A stretch of DNA of 64,000 bases. Origin: Blastocatellia bacterium (GTDB lineage: Bacteria > Acidobacteriota > Blastocatellia > UBA7656). Under the pieces are notes generated by a model. The model did not search any database. It saw only the letters and a program-made list of their open reading frames with translations, and was not told where the DNA came from. Position 1 is the first letter of the stretch, and each line of letters starts with the position of its first letter. The position numbers were made by a program, and so were the translations under genes. The stretch lies in contig CAVXWP010000008.1 in NCBI GenBank assembly GCA_963765495.1, positions 832,001 to 896,000 of the forward strand, given 5' to 3'. Below, piece after piece: positions 19,558 to 30,114 of this stretch.

Positions 19558-20262
19558 CTATTTGATGTCTCGAAAATTGATATCGAGCACGGGATACTCT
19601 TTCCAATCCTTATAGTCATAATGCCACCATTCGGGCGCATATACGGCAAACCCTTCGGCTTCCATGGCATCTCGCAACACGCGCCGCAGATGTCGCGACT
19701 GGTCGCTGCCCCCGGCATATTCGATATGAGAGCGTTCAGACATCTCGTCATACTCGCTCGGCATCTGGACCGCTTTGCCGGTTTTCAGGTCGAACAGAGT
19801 CAGGTCAACAGCGCATCCGCGATTATGACGAGACCCTTGCGCCGGGTTGGCTACAAAATCCTTTTTGTCATCCGGTGTGGCATCCCAAAATATTTTGGTC
19901 ACGCTCCAGGGCCGGTAACCATCGAATATCAGTAATCCATATCCCTGTTTCCTGAGCGAGCGATTTGCGCGAGCAAGCGCCTGCGCCGCCGGACGCTGTA
20001 GAAAGGCTCGCGCCTGTTCATAGACCGGACGGCCCAGGAAATTATTAGAAGTGGCATACCTTATATCGAGGCGGATTGAGGGATCGACTTTGATCAATTC
20101 GACTAGATCGGGTTTGCGAGGCTTTCCCTTTTCTTCCGGCGGTTCCTGCGCATACATTGTGATTGAATTAGCCATAAGAAAAAAAATAATGCCAGATGCG
20201 AGGTCAGGGAAGATATTTTTCAAACCATTTCTCCCGGGATTCTCAAATACGGCCTGCATCAA
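19558..20262 (-). CDS. ddpX: D-alanyl-D-alanine dipeptidase (M15D, VanX/DdpX family); start uncertain
   Basis: [34 protein letters not shown]. Confidence 0.9.
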   Translation of the reverse strand: MMQAVFENPGRNGLKNIFPDLASGIIFFLMANSITMYAQEPPEEKGKPRKPDLVELIKVDPSIRLDIRYATSNNFLGRPVYEQARAFLQRPAAQALARANRSLRKQGYGLLIFDGYRPWSVTKIFWDATPDDKKDFVANPAQGSRHNRGCAVDLTLFDLKTGKAVQMPSEYDEMSERSHIEYAGGSDQSRHLRRVLRDAMEAEGFAVYAPEWWHYDYKDWKEYPVLDINFRDIK

Positions 20263-20711
20263 AGCACGGACAGTAGCTTTTCCAGTATCAACTGTTTTGG
20301 CGCTACGCCCACGATGCGATCAACCTCGCGACCATCTCTTATTATCAGGAGGGTGGGAATGCTGCGGACGCCGAATCGCGAGGCGGTCACAGGGCTCTCA
20401 TCAACATTCAGCTTTCCAACAATCACGCGCCCGGAAAGCTCTGTCGCCAACTGGTCAATAATGGGCGCAAGCATTCGACAGGGACCACACCACGCGGCCC
20501 ACATATCCAGAAGGACCGGGAGCGATGCGCCTGCGACCTCGGTTTCGTAGTTTGCGTCTGTTACTGTCACGGGGCCGGTTCTCATTGTAAGCGGCTGTTT
20601 ACAGCGCCCACAGACGGGCTGGACTCGTTCGTTCAATTTTTCAACCGGGACGCGATTTGTAGCGCCACAGTTCTGGCAGCGAATCAATTGCGCTTCCGTA
20701 GCCTTGCTCAT
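20259..20711 (-). CDS. trxC: Thioredoxin 2 with N-terminal zinc finger
   Basis: CQNC...CGRC plus WCGPC active site. Confidence 0.9.
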   Translation of the reverse strand: MSKATEAQLIRCQNCGATNRVPVEKLNERVQPVCGRCKQPLTMRTGPVTVTDANYETEVAGASLPVLLDMWAAWCGPCRMLAPIIDQLATELSGRVIVGKLNVDESPVTASRFGVRSIPTLLIIRDGREVDRIVGVAPKQLILEKLLSVL

Positions 20712-20786
20712 AATTTCTACACCTCTTACGACTCTGACCCGCTTCGTCCTGTGATATTGGGCGGGGCATTTTAGACGCGGAGGGGA

Positions 20787-21818
20787 TCATTTTCTCATCC
20801 CCTTGATCAGATCGCGCGCATCAAATTCGGATTGGGCGGCAAGCTTTTCAAACAGGCTCTTCTCTTCATCGGTCAGGATGGGCGGGTTGACTATCTTGAG
20901 CTTTACATAGAGATCACCGCGTCCGCCTTTTCGTTTGTTCAATCCCTGCCCACGGAGCCTGAGTTTCTGACCGCCTTGCGAGTTTGCGGGAACTTTCATC
21001 TCGACCGGGCCATTTAGCGTAGGCACATTCACCCTTGCGCCCAGCGCCGCTTCCCAGGGGGCTACGGGCAGATCAAGCTGTATATCATCATCACCCGCGA
21101 TTGCAAAAAGAGGGTGGGGTTCGAGCCTCACGCGCAAAAACAGATCGCCCGAGGGCGCGCCGCCGCTCCCCGGCTCCCCCTGCCCCGCAAGCCTGATAAT
21201 CGAGCCTTCACGCACACCCGGCGGGATATTAACGTCGAGTGATTTCTGGCGAGCGACCAGCCCTGCCCCGCGACAGGTCGGGCAAACTCTCCCGTCTATT
21301 ACGCCTGTCCCTCCACAGGTCGGGCATCGCTCGGTGGCCTGAAAAGCTATGTTGCGCGTGCCGCCGGAGTTTGCATCTTCGAGTGACAGCCCGATCTCGG
21401 CTTCGATATCCTGCCCGCGCATAGACATTTGCTGCCCCGCGCGAGTCGCGCCCCTGCCCCCAAAAAGCGTTTCAAAAAAATCGCTGAACCCGCCGCCGCC
21501 CCGACCGCCACCGAATATGTCGCCAAAGTCACCATAATCTACGCGTACATTCCCCCCCCAGCCAGGGGGCGGTGTGAATTCTGCGCCAGCCTTCCAATTC
21601 GCCCCAAGCTCGTCATATCGCTTGCGATTCTCCGGGTTTGAGAGCACCTCATAGGCTTCGTTTAGCTCCTTAAAATTCTCCTCCGCATTTTTGTCGCCCG
21701 GATTTACATCAGGATGATACTTGCGCGCCAGCCTGCGATAAGCCTTTTTGATTTCGGTGTCGGTCGCGGTCCGAGCCACACCGAGAATTTCATAGTAATC
21801 TTTGAATTTCACTGCCAT
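20787..21818 (-). CDS. DnaJ-class co-chaperone (CbpA/DnaJ-like, shortened zinc finger)
   Basis: J domain with HPD, G/F region, two CxxCxGxG repeats, DnaJ C-terminal domain. Confidence 0.92.
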   Translation of the reverse strand: MAVKFKDYYEILGVARTATDTEIKKAYRRLARKYHPDVNPGDKNAEENFKELNEAYEVLSNPENRKRYDELGANWKAGAEFTPPPGWGGNVRVDYGDFGDIFGGGRGGGGFSDFFETLFGGRGATRAGQQMSMRGQDIEAEIGLSLEDANSGGTRNIAFQATERCPTCGGTGVIDGRVCPTCRGAGLVARQKSLDVNIPPGVREGSIIRLAGQGEPGSGGAPSGDLFLRVRLEPHPLFAIAGDDDIQLDLPVAPWEAALGARVNVPTLNGPVEMKVPANSQGGQKLRLRGQGLNKRKGGRGDLYVKLKIVNPPILTDEEKSLFEKLAAQSEFDARDLIKGMRK

Positions 21819-22048
21819 ATCAATCTATCCTGACCCGCAATCCGATCATTTCCACCTTCCTCTATCCCAGCGCCCGATATGATCTGAAACCTATCATAAG
21901 TAATTTAGAGTTGGCTTGCCAGCCTCCAACTCTTCCCCCGGAACGGACCAGTTGCCGACAGCGCCATTAGAACGAAGTTTAGCCACAGATCAACACTGTA
22001 TCGCGTTGAGCTGTGGCTTGACCCGGATAGATTTTGCACCCTTCGACT

Positions 22049-22504
22049 CTAGGCTACTTTTTGAATTTCTTTTTCTGTCACATCCTCAACCGTTTCTTTG
22101 GCTACCTGCTCGGCAGTACGCGAAGCAACCTCCTTGGTCTTGTCGTCGTCGTCTTTAAGACCCACTTTCTTATATTTCTTTGCGATCTCTTCCAACTGCT
22201 CATCAGTCAAAGATTCAATGTCAATCATATCGTTGTGGGCTTCCTTGACGGCAGAAATCAGTTCATCCAGTTTCAGTTGCATCGCCTTGCCATCCCGGTT
22301 CTGGGTATTTTGTATGAGAAAGACCATCAAGAAGGTGACTATCGTTGTTCCGGTATTGATAACAAGTTGCCACGTGTCGGAATAGTGAAACAACGGGCCG
22401 GTAACGGCCCAGACTGCAATGACCAGCGCTGCGCTCAGAAAGGCCCAGGAAGTGCCCATGATTTTGGCTGTTTTGGTTGCAAACGATGTAAAAAACTTTT
22501 GCAT
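22049..22504 (-). CDS. Low-affinity iron permease family small membrane protein
   Basis: SDTWQLVINTGTTIVTFLMVFLIQNTQNRD...QLKLDELI signature; RBS ggagg. Confidence 0.9.
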   Translation of the reverse strand: MQKFFTSFATKTAKIMGTSWAFLSAALVIAVWAVTGPLFHYSDTWQLVINTGTTIVTFLMVFLIQNTQNRDGKAMQLKLDELISAVKEAHNDMIDIESLTDEQLEEIAKKYKKVGLKDDDDKTKEVASRTAEQVAKETVEDVTEKEIQKVA

Positions 22505-22613
22505 TTATCCTCCACCGCGATCCGATTTCGTCGGATTTTGATACAAATTTCTCTCCCTGCCGTCTTAACCGGATGCAGATTCTCCGGTTAGGAAGCGGAG
22601 CATGAAAACAAGG

Positions 22614-22629
22614 AGCAAGGTTGATGCCA
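22614..22629 (-). promoter_or_regulatory. Sigma54 (-24/-12) promoter candidate
   Basis: Minus strand TGGCAT-CAACC-TTGC about 110 nt upstream of the permease start. Confidence 0.55.
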
Positions 22630-22838
22630 TTTGTAATCAGGTCTGTCAATAGATCGGAGAGAGGAAATATTTCAGGATAAATCGGGCGACTGCCCCGGGT
22701 TGGTTTGCTGGAACAATTAAGAGAGAAACCTCCGCTGTAATCGGGAGCCAAAAATGAACTCAGCCATTGAAGAGGCATTCAAGGATACACAGTGGAAGAC
22801 TGACGAGAGCGGCGCTCAACTCTGATCGCAGATTTGGC

Positions 22839-22870
22839 CGTAGCCCGCCGATACTTATTTGGCGGGCTAC
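22839..22870 (-). terminator. Stem-loop after the TPR gene
   Basis: gtagcccgcc-N11-ggcgggctac perfect inverted repeat just past the stop codon; no clear U tract. Confidence 0.5.
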
Positions 22871-22883
22871 CCTTTCCGCTGCA

Positions 22884-23807
22884 CTATTCTTTTCTTCTGG
22901 TATAGGTTCCATCAAAGGCGACGGTCCAGGTCTTGCCGCCATCCGATGATTGCTCCCAGAGCTGGCGCACCTGGTCAGGCCCCTGATTGAAGAAGGTCAG
23001 GCGATTTGAGAGCTTGTTGCCGTCAGGTGCGAGTGACTCTCCCTGTAGCCGCATCTGATTGTCTTTGAAATCACCAAAGAGTTCCAACACGCTGCCGGAA
23101 TTATCGACCCAGGTTTGCTGCCACTTGCCCTTCGCCGTGTTGTAGATGTTGAAGCTCTTTCCGATGGCTCCCCCACGTCCGGTCCAGTTCTCAAAGATGA
23201 CGCAGTCTCCGAGGATGAGTTGAACGCTGCTTGTTCCTACAAGCGCACCCTGAGGGTTCTTTACATCCCATTCGCCCTTCCAGAAGTCGAACTGCCGTGA
23301 TTCGGGTTTGTAGGCGCAGGGTCTTGCGTTTCTATCGGCCTTCGTAAGAACCTCATTGAAACGCGGGTCTTCGCGCAGGTTATCGAAATCGGTGTCGGAT
23401 TTTAGCTGAGCGACCTGCCCATAGCCGCTTTGCACCAACTTATCGAGCGCCTCGAATGCCTTATCCTTGTCCTTTGTCATCGAGTACCCGCAGGCAATAT
23501 TGTATTTCGAAAGCTGGGGAGCGAATCCGACAGCATCGGCCCGCTGGAAGGCCGGGATCGCCTCTTCGAATTTGCCCATCGAATGAAGCGAATAGCCTAG
23601 CCGAAACCAGGCCATACCGTTCTTTTCATCCTTCGCCACGATGGCTTCATAGGCCCTGGCCGAGGCGGGCCAGTCCTTAGCTTGAAACAACTGGTCGGCC
23701 TGTTGCAACTCAGGCGATGCGGCCTTCATCTGCGCGTAGTTTGTTTGCGCGCCCGCCAACAGAATCAGAGCGATGAGACAGATGGTGGTTAGAGCGTGTG
23801 TTCTCAT
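22884..23807 (-). CDS. Secreted TPR protein with C-terminal beta-barrel-like domain
   Basis: Signal peptide, TPR helices incl. YNIACGYS, then QFDFWKGEW...GKSFN...WQQTWVD...WEQSSDGGKTW. Confidence 0.8.
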   Translation of the reverse strand: MRTHALTTICLIALILLAGAQTNYAQMKAASPELQQADQLFQAKDWPASARAYEAIVAKDEKNGMAWFRLGYSLHSMGKFEEAIPAFQRADAVGFAPQLSKYNIACGYSMTKDKDKAFEALDKLVQSGYGQVAQLKSDTDFDNLREDPRFNEVLTKADRNARPCAYKPESRQFDFWKGEWDVKNPQGALVGTSSVQLILGDCVIFENWTGRGGAIGKSFNIYNTAKGKWQQTWVDNSGSVLELFGDFKDNQMRLQGESLAPDGNKLSNRLTFFNQGPDQVRQLWEQSSDGGKTWTVAFDGTYTRRKE

Positions 23808-23830
23808 TTCTAGTGTTTCCTCCTACCTCT

Positions 23831-23947
23831 GCGTAATGCGTTCACGTGATGCGAGATGCGTGACTTACAGGTTACCACCTTATGATAAGGTTTTGGCTGA
23901 CTTCATAAATCACGGATCACTTCTCACGCATCACGCGAGCGCATCAC
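23831..23947. repeat. Inverted heptamer arrays (GTGATGC/GCATCAC)
   Basis: gcgtaatgcg..cgtgatgcgagatgcgtgac ... atcacggatcac..tcacgcatcacgcgagcgcatcac. Confidence 0.7.
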
Positions 23948-23959
23948 GTTACAAAATCG

Positions 23960-24036
23960 GAACTGCCGCGACGCTGAGATTACCTGTATATCAGGTTTCC
24001 GTGTTGAGCCTTGCGTTCTCAGCGCCGGGGCAGTTC
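23960..24036 (-). ncRNA. Candidate structured RNA of unknown class (leader of TPR gene or sRNA)
   Basis: Nested stems gaactgcc/ggcagttc, cggcgctgaga/tctcagcgtcg (G-U on minus strand) and acctg/caggt. Confidence 0.4.
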
Positions 24037-24204
24037 GTGCTCTTCCTTGATTTACATGGTTGCAGCAAGTTTACTACTGACAAATGTCAATGTGGTCAAG
24101 ACCTTGTAAAATCGGGTTAAATTTGTCAAAAAGATGTAAAAGACCCTAACATTCATAAAGACCTGATTTGGCAATCTGGTGTATAGTACGGCTCAAGCAA
24201 AGGA

Positions 24205-25938
24205 ATGGTAGTGGTGACGAAGATTCGAAACTTTTTAAAGCGACATATTCTATGGGCAGGGTTCGCTGCGGCGGCTGTGCCTCTGCTCATTATATTCGCA
24301 TTGCAGTACAGATCGCTTGCGGCGCTTGAGAAGAGTTTGCCCATTGCGCGCCGCGACTATATGCGAAACTATCTGGTTGATGTGGCCTCGGAGACAGAGC
24401 GGTTTTACAGGGCAAGCGCAGAGCATACCCTGAATGTGCCGCCCTCAGCTTTCAACCACTGGAACCGGGACATGCCGAACCTGTCTGAGGCCACAAAATA
24501 TTTCGATAACAACGGCTTCAAAGGCGCAAGGCGAATTTTTCTGGCATTTACCGGCCAATATCCGGGGGGCGAGTCCTATGTAGCCGTGGTGTTTTACGAC
24601 CCCTCGGGCGATCCGAAACTTCATCGCGAGATGGGATCACGTGACTGGCGCGCAGCACACGCGGCCTGCGCTTCCTGGCTGGTTCACAACCTTACAAAGA
24701 CGATACCCGAATCGCCCGGCCTGACTGTGGATGAACGCGACCCCGAAGCCAGAATAATCGTCAAACCCATCATCGATGAAACTACCCATATGGTCGCAGG
24801 CGTTGCCGGAATGATACTCGATTCGACTTATTTCAAAGCGGAGTTTCTACCCGGCGCGATAAAAGAGTCGCTGCCCGGAGCCTTTGCCGGCGATTACCAG
24901 GATGCGGTGATAGCATTGCGCGATGAAGGCAGCAATCTGATCTTTACAAACCAGAAGATCGAAAACCCGCAGGACGAGGTTTCGGCCCGGTTGCCCTTCG
25001 TCTTTACCGACTGGCGACTGGGCATGGGCATGCTCCACATGACAGAAGAGGAATGGGCGAAGCAGCTATTCGGCTTCAACCTGTCGCTCTCAATATTGAT
25101 GACGGTGCTTGTGATAGGAGGGATCGCAATGGCGCTCAAGACGGCTTCGCGCGAGATGAAGGTCTCGCAGATGAAGGCTGACTTCGTCTCGAATGTCTCT
25201 CACGAGTTGCGCACTCCACTGGCCTCGATCAGAGTGTTCGGCGAATTCCTGAGACTGGGCCGCGTCAAAGAACCTGAAAAGGTCCGCGAATACGGCGAAT
25301 ATATCGAGACCGAAAGTCGACGCCTGACACAGTTGATAAACAATATCCTCGATTTTTCCCGCATCGAATCGGGCCATAAGACCTACCAGTTCGAACGGGC
25401 CAATGTGTCGGAAGTAGTGACCGATACGCTGCGGGCATTTGAAGTGCGGCTAAACCAATCCGGGTTTGAAATAGAATACGATTGCCCCGCCCGCCCACTT
25501 TCGCCCGCTCGAATTGATCCCGACGCCATAGCTCAGGCATTCATAAACCTGCTCGATAACGCCTTTAAGTATTCGGGAACCGCAAATCGAATCGAAGTGA
25601 AACTTGGCGAAAAAGACGGCTTTATTACTGTTTCTGTGACCGACCACGGCGTAGGCGTCCCGCGTGAGGAGAGAGAAAAAATCTTTGAAAAGTTTTATCG
25701 CGTCAGTACCGGGCTTGTGCACGATGTAAAGGGAAGCGGGCTGGGGCTTGCCATTGTCAAACATATCGTAGACGCGCATCAGGGCAGGCTGACTCTTGTC
25801 AGCAAACAGGGAGCCGGTTCCACTTTTACAATTCATCTCCCGGTCGCCGATGATACAACCGCTACGCCACAAGGCTCTCAACCGGCAGGCGGACACGGTG
25901 GTTCTTTCCCTCTCAATACTGTAACAAGCGACAGGTGA
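24205..25938 (+). CDS. Membrane sensor histidine kinase (HisKA + HATPase)
   Basis: Two TMs around a periplasmic domain; [34 protein letters not shown]. Confidence 0.95.
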   Translation: MVVVTKIRNFLKRHILWAGFAAAAVPLLIIFALQYRSLAALEKSLPIARRDYMRNYLVDVASETERFYRASAEHTLNVPPSAFNHWNRDMPNLSEATKYFDNNGFKGARRIFLAFTGQYPGGESYVAVVFYDPSGDPKLHREMGSRDWRAAHAACASWLVHNLTKTIPESPGLTVDERDPEARIIVKPIIDETTHMVAGVAGMILDSTYFKAEFLPGAIKESLPGAFAGDYQDAVIALRDEGSNLIFTNQKIENPQDEVSARLPFVFTDWRLGMGMLHMTEEEWAKQLFGFNLSLSILMTVLVIGGIAMALKTASREMKVSQMKADFVSNVSHELRTPLASIRVFGEFLRLGRVKEPEKVREYGEYIETESRRLTQLINNILDFSRIESGHKTYQFERANVSEVVTDTLRAFEVRLNQSGFEIEYDCPARPLSPARIDPDAIAQAFINLLDNAFKYSGTANRIEVKLGEKDGFITVSVTDHGVGVPREEREKIFEKFYRVSTGLVHDVKGSGLGLAIVKHIVDAHQGRLTLVSKQGAGSTFTIHLPVADDTTATPQGSQPAGGHGGSFPLNTVTSDR

Positions 25939-25940
25939 GA

Positions 25941-26044
25941 GTGATTCGTGATTCGTGATTCGTGATTTACACGGATTGCGATACATCATAAACAAGCGAT
26001 CTGACTCAAAGTCACGCATCACAAATCACACATCTCGAATCACT
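25941..26044. repeat. Inverted heptamer arrays (GTGATTC/..ATCAC)
   Basis: gtgattc x3 + gtgattt ... tcacgcatcacaaatcacacatctcgaatcac. Confidence 0.8.
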
Positions 26045-26131
26045 CTCGTGGCCGAACTTGTTAAATCAACCCCGCTGTGTTCCAATCCTTGACCATGCAC
26101 CGGACACACCTCTAAGGAGCCACGAATCAAT

Positions 26132-27367
26132 ATGAATCCCTGGCGTGGATTGGGCAGCCTGCCCAGAGAGATTTGGGTATTGTTTACCGTCACGCTCATC
26201 AATCGGGCAGGGACGATGGCGCTTCCCTTCCTCGTTCTCTACCTCACTCGCAGTCTGGGTTTTTCTCCGGGCCGCGCCGGGCTTACGCTTACAACCTACG
26301 GCATAGGCGCGCTTTTGACCGCGCCGCTTTCAGGACACCTTTCCGACCGCATCGGGGCGCTGCGGATAATGAAGTTCTCGTTATTTCTTTCCGGTATAAC
26401 CCTGTTCATATTCCCACTGGCCAAAAGCCATAGCGCGATACTCGTACTCGCCTTCTTCTGGGCCATCATCAACGAGGGATTTCGTCCCGCAAGCATGGCT
26501 ACCATCAGCGGCCTCGTAAGACCCGAGCAGCGCAAGTCGGCGTTTGCCGTCAACCGGCTCGCGGTCAATCTCGGGATGAGCATAGGCCCTGCGCTCGGAG
26601 GCGTTCTTGCAACCGTCTCATTTCCGGCCCTGTTCATATTCGATGGGACTACATCTCTTATTGCGGGCATATTTCTCGCCTTGCTGCCGTGGCGCAGTAA
26701 GGCAAAGGCGGAAGTCTCCGCCAACAGCGGTGAAACAGACAAACAAGTGCAGATCAAAAGCCGGGGAGCCTTTCGCGACCTGCGGCTGCTCTATTTTCTG
26801 GCCGGGATAATTCCGGTTCAGATGGTCTTTTTTCAGACAAACGCCTCGATGCCGCTTTTTCTGGTGGGAGAGCTACAGATGCCGGAATCTGTCTACGGCA
26901 TGTTGTTTACGATAAACACCGTTCTGATAATTCTTATAGAAGTCCCCCTGAACACGATGATGGCCGCGTGGTCTCACAGGCTGTCGATGGCGTTGGGCGC
27001 GTTGCTTTGCGGGGCGGGATTTGGGGCACTCATTTTCACCCCCTCGACTCTCGGCGTAGCCGCGACGGTCGTCGTCTGGACCTTTGGAGAGATGATCCTC
27101 TTTCCCGGCGGTTCGGCCTATGTTGCAGACATCGCTCCCGAACATAGGCAAGGAGAATATATGGGCCTTTATGTGATGACATTTGCGATTGCCTTCGCCC
27201 TGGGTCCGTGGATAGGGACCGAGGTTTACGGGCGATTCGGAGCCTCGGTCCTGTGGGCGGGCGCGTTAGCCTGTGGTATCCTGTCGGCCCTGCTACTTGG
27301 GACCGCGTCTTCTGCAAATCAGCCAAAAACTGCTCAAAGCGGCTCAGCCGGGGCGGGTGAAGCGTGA
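26132..27367 (+). CDS. MFS transporter
   Basis: About 12 TMs, motif A GHLSDRIG, NLGMSIGPALGG; RBS aaggag. Confidence 0.92.
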   Translation: MNPWRGLGSLPREIWVLFTVTLINRAGTMALPFLVLYLTRSLGFSPGRAGLTLTTYGIGALLTAPLSGHLSDRIGALRIMKFSLFLSGITLFIFPLAKSHSAILVLAFFWAIINEGFRPASMATISGLVRPEQRKSAFAVNRLAVNLGMSIGPALGGVLATVSFPALFIFDGTTSLIAGIFLALLPWRSKAKAEVSANSGETDKQVQIKSRGAFRDLRLLYFLAGIIPVQMVFFQTNASMPLFLVGELQMPESVYGMLFTINTVLIILIEVPLNTMMAAWSHRLSMALGALLCGAGFGALIFTPSTLGVAATVVVWTFGEMILFPGGSAYVADIAPEHRQGEYMGLYVMTFAIAFALGPWIGTEVYGRFGASVLWAGALACGILSALLLGTASSANQPKTAQSGSAGAGEA

Positions 27368-27442
27368 AATTTTGTGGAACTCTTTTGCTCGTCCGTGTGC
27401 ATAAGGTAATGGCTGTCTGATTCGTGCCGCTCGGTTAAATTT

Positions 27443-28072
27443 ATGATTGAAGCGCCAGGAAAATTGAACGATGAACTGTTGCTGTCACGAATGATGACCG
27501 GTGACGCGCAGGCTTTTGAGGAGCTTTACGAACGGCGGCAGGGCGCGATTTACCGATTCGCTTTGCGGATGAGCGGGTCAGAGGCGGTCGCAGAGGATGT
27601 TACGCAGGAAGTCTTCATGGCTTTGATCAACGACGGCAATCAGTATGACCCGGCGCGAGGAGCGGTCTCTGCCTATCTGTTTGGAATCGCCCGACACAAA
27701 GTCCTGCGCCGGCTGCAAAAGGACCGGGCATTCGTCTCGATGAGTGACGAAACGGCGGAGGAAGAAACCACCCGTTCGGATGAAAAAATGATTTTGAATT
27801 GCGACCCGCTTACCGAGCTTACACGAAACGAGATAATCGAATCGGTGCGTGGAGCAATCCTCTCGCTTCCGGTCCATTACCGTGAAGTCATCATCCTGTG
27901 TAATCTTGAAGAGATGAATTACAGTGAAGCCGCCGATGCGCTCGGCTGCGCCGTGGGCACGGTGCGCTCCCGACTCCACAGGGCGCGCGCGCTATTGATC
28001 GAAAAGCTGCGCCTGGCGGGGCGGATGGATTCTTCTCTCAGCAACTCGATCCCGGCGAGGTATGTTTTATGA
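27443..28072 (+). CDS. ECF RNA polymerase sigma factor
   Basis: GD.QAFEELY, AEDVTQEVF, region 4 YSEAADALGCAVGTVRSRLHRAR; GGAAC element at ~27377 upstream. Confidence 0.93.
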   Translation: MIEAPGKLNDELLLSRMMTGDAQAFEELYERRQGAIYRFALRMSGSEAVAEDVTQEVFMALINDGNQYDPARGAVSAYLFGIARHKVLRRLQKDRAFVSMSDETAEEETTRSDEKMILNCDPLTELTRNEIIESVRGAILSLPVHYREVIILCNLEEMNYSEAADALGCAVGTVRSRLHRARALLIEKLRLAGRMDSSLSNSIPARYVL

Positions 28073-28914
28073 ATTGCCAGATTTTCGAAACCGTAGTCGC
28101 GGAGCTTGCCTGCGATAATCTGATGGATGCGACATCGCGCAAGCGGGGGCTGGCACACGCGGGAAGTTGCGCGAGATGCGCGGCCCGTCTCGCCGATGAG
28201 CGGGCGCTCACCGATGCGCTCAATCTTGCGGCAAGCGCAGAAACAAGCCGTCCATCCGCCCGGGTAAAGAGCGCGCTCGTTTCTGCTTTTCACGAGATGA
28301 AAGAGGCTCGCGCCGACCTCGCCGCCTCTGCGTCTATGCCTGCAAATCCCCTGCCGCAGCGGAAACCCGCCCGGCTCTTCTGGGCAGCGGCAGTCATTCT
28401 GGCCTTGCTCGCGATCCCCGCGATCTGGAGTCTTATATCTTCCAGACACGCAAAACCAGACACGGCAAAGACCGGGGAAACAACAGCCTCGACGACTCAA
28501 GAGACAAAACAACCGGGAGTCGATCACTCAACCACTGATAAGAGTGAAAAGGTTGCGCAGGAAGATCAAAAGCCATCGAGAGACAACCGATTTGCGTCTC
28601 GGAAGCGGCGAAAACAAACCGAACCTCTGACGGCCACGACAAGACCCGCGTCAACAGAGAATCGCGATTCCCCCACGGAGTTAGTCACGGAATATATCCC
28701 TCTGACCTACGTAGCGAATTCGAAGGCGATTAAGAGCGGGCAGATAGTGCGCATAGAAGTATCTCGCTCCTCGCTGCTTGCGCTCGGGCTACCGATAAAC
28801 GTGAACCGAATGAACGAAAGGGTAAAGGCCGATGTAATAATCAGCGATGACGGGTTGGCTCGCGCAATTCGCTTAGTTTATGACACGGGGAGTCAAAAAA
28901 CCGATAACAATTAA
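28069..28914 (+). CDS. Anti-sigma factor, zinc-binding (ZAS-like) single-pass membrane protein
   Basis: ATGA overlap with sigma gene; HxxxCxxC (HAGSCARC); TM helix; C-terminal VKADV...DGLARAIRLV. Confidence 0.8.
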   Translation: MNCQIFETVVAELACDNLMDATSRKRGLAHAGSCARCAARLADERALTDALNLAASAETSRPSARVKSALVSAFHEMKEARADLAASASMPANPLPQRKPARLFWAAAVILALLAIPAIWSLISSRHAKPDTAKTGETTASTTQETKQPGVDHSTTDKSEKVAQEDQKPSRDNRFASRKRRKQTEPLTATTRPASTENRDSPTELVTEYIPLTYVANSKAIKSGQIVRIEVSRSSLLALGLPINVNRMNERVKADVIISDDGLARAIRLVYDTGSQKTDNN

Positions 28915-28970
28915 ACCGTTTCGCGGCGGAAGTATGCCGCCCGAATTTTTGGAATCTGGAGGAGTCAGCA

Positions 28971-29927
28971 ATGAGAAAAAAGAAATCTTTTGTGATAATC
29001 GCAGCTTGCCTGCTCGTGGCGCAGTTGGTCGGAGTATCGGTCTTAGCGCAGGAGCGGCAACGGGCAAAGGTGCTGCCGGATGGTGGCGTATGGATACAAA
29101 AGTCCGAGGACGCGCAGGGTAATCCAGAGCGGGAGAGGGGTATCGTAGCCTTCAAGATGCTTTCATCCGATATGCGCTTTGGCGAAAGCATAGTCAAGGG
29201 AGCGCCCTATTCGGCAAAGGCCGTTATAGAGCAAAGCCAGACCCTTGCCGACGGCACTCAGATCAACCACTCATCCAGTATCCTGTTGTACCGCGACAGT
29301 GAAGGCCGAACCCGTCGTGATGAGACATTTGGCGCAATAGGCCCGATTGGCCCCAATATGGCCCCTTCGCGTGTGATTTTTATCAACGATACGGTGACCA
29401 GCACGCACTACTTTCTTGATCCGGGTAATCAAACAGCCCGAAAGATTACCTTGCCTGATGACGGTCCGCCTCCCGGCATGGCCATGCCCCGCTTTGAAAT
29501 GAGGACCAGAATGCACGGGCCTGGGCCACAAGGACCTGGACCCTCTACCGATGCAGTACCGGATGGAGTGGGACCGGCTTCTGCGCCTGAGGAAAAGACC
29601 GAATCGCTCGGGACTCAAAATATCGAAGGCGTTGAGGCCGAAGGCACTCGCACTACGATCACGATCCCCACTGGCCAGATAGGCAATGATCGCCCGATTG
29701 AAATCGTAGACGAGCAGTGGTATAGCTCGGCGTTGCAGACCATCGTGCTCAGCAAACACAAAGACCCTCGCGTAGGCGAGCACACATATCGGCTGACGAA
29801 TATTTCTCGCGCCGAACCCGATCATTCGCTCTTCGAGGTGCCGTCCACTTACAAAGTGGAAGAGCCCGATGGGCTGATGATAAGGCAAAGAAAACAGATG
29901 AGAGATTCGAAATCTCAGGACAATTAG
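28971..29927 (+). CDS. Exported protein of ECF cluster, function unknown
   Basis: Signal peptide; VKGAPYSA...QTLADG...YRDSEGRTRR...ESLG...EGTRTT...W...DPR.G...LTNISRAEPD. Confidence 0.75.
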   Translation: MRKKKSFVIIAACLLVAQLVGVSVLAQERQRAKVLPDGGVWIQKSEDAQGNPERERGIVAFKMLSSDMRFGESIVKGAPYSAKAVIEQSQTLADGTQINHSSSILLYRDSEGRTRRDETFGAIGPIGPNMAPSRVIFINDTVTSTHYFLDPGNQTARKITLPDDGPPPGMAMPRFEMRTRMHGPGPQGPGPSTDAVPDGVGPASAPEEKTESLGTQNIEGVEAEGTRTTITIPTGQIGNDRPIEIVDEQWYSSALQTIVLSKHKDPRVGEHTYRLTNISRAEPDHSLFEVPSTYKVEEPDGLMIRQRKQMRDSKSQDN

Positions 29928-30114
29928 GGCGGATTTCGCAGGAGCCAATAAGAAAGCCAGCCACGAAATTAACACGACCAAACACGGATATTTTGTGTGA
30001 AGCGCGTGTAATTCGTGGCTGATTCTCTGTTCAAATTTTTCTCGTTAAAGGAATCAAGCTAATAAAGTTGCTTGCACACCTCCGGTAAACTGAGACAAAA
30101 TGGGCCGCACTGAA

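Noticed and set aside
19558-20262. Vancomycin resistance locus (vanX)
   Set aside because: No vanH/vanA/vanRS neighbours; stand-alone M15D dipeptidases are common.
23965-24030. Hammerhead ribozyme (GAAAC-hairpin-GUA followed by a closing stem on the minus strand)
   Set aside because: The required CUGANGA core and stem II are absent at the expected position.
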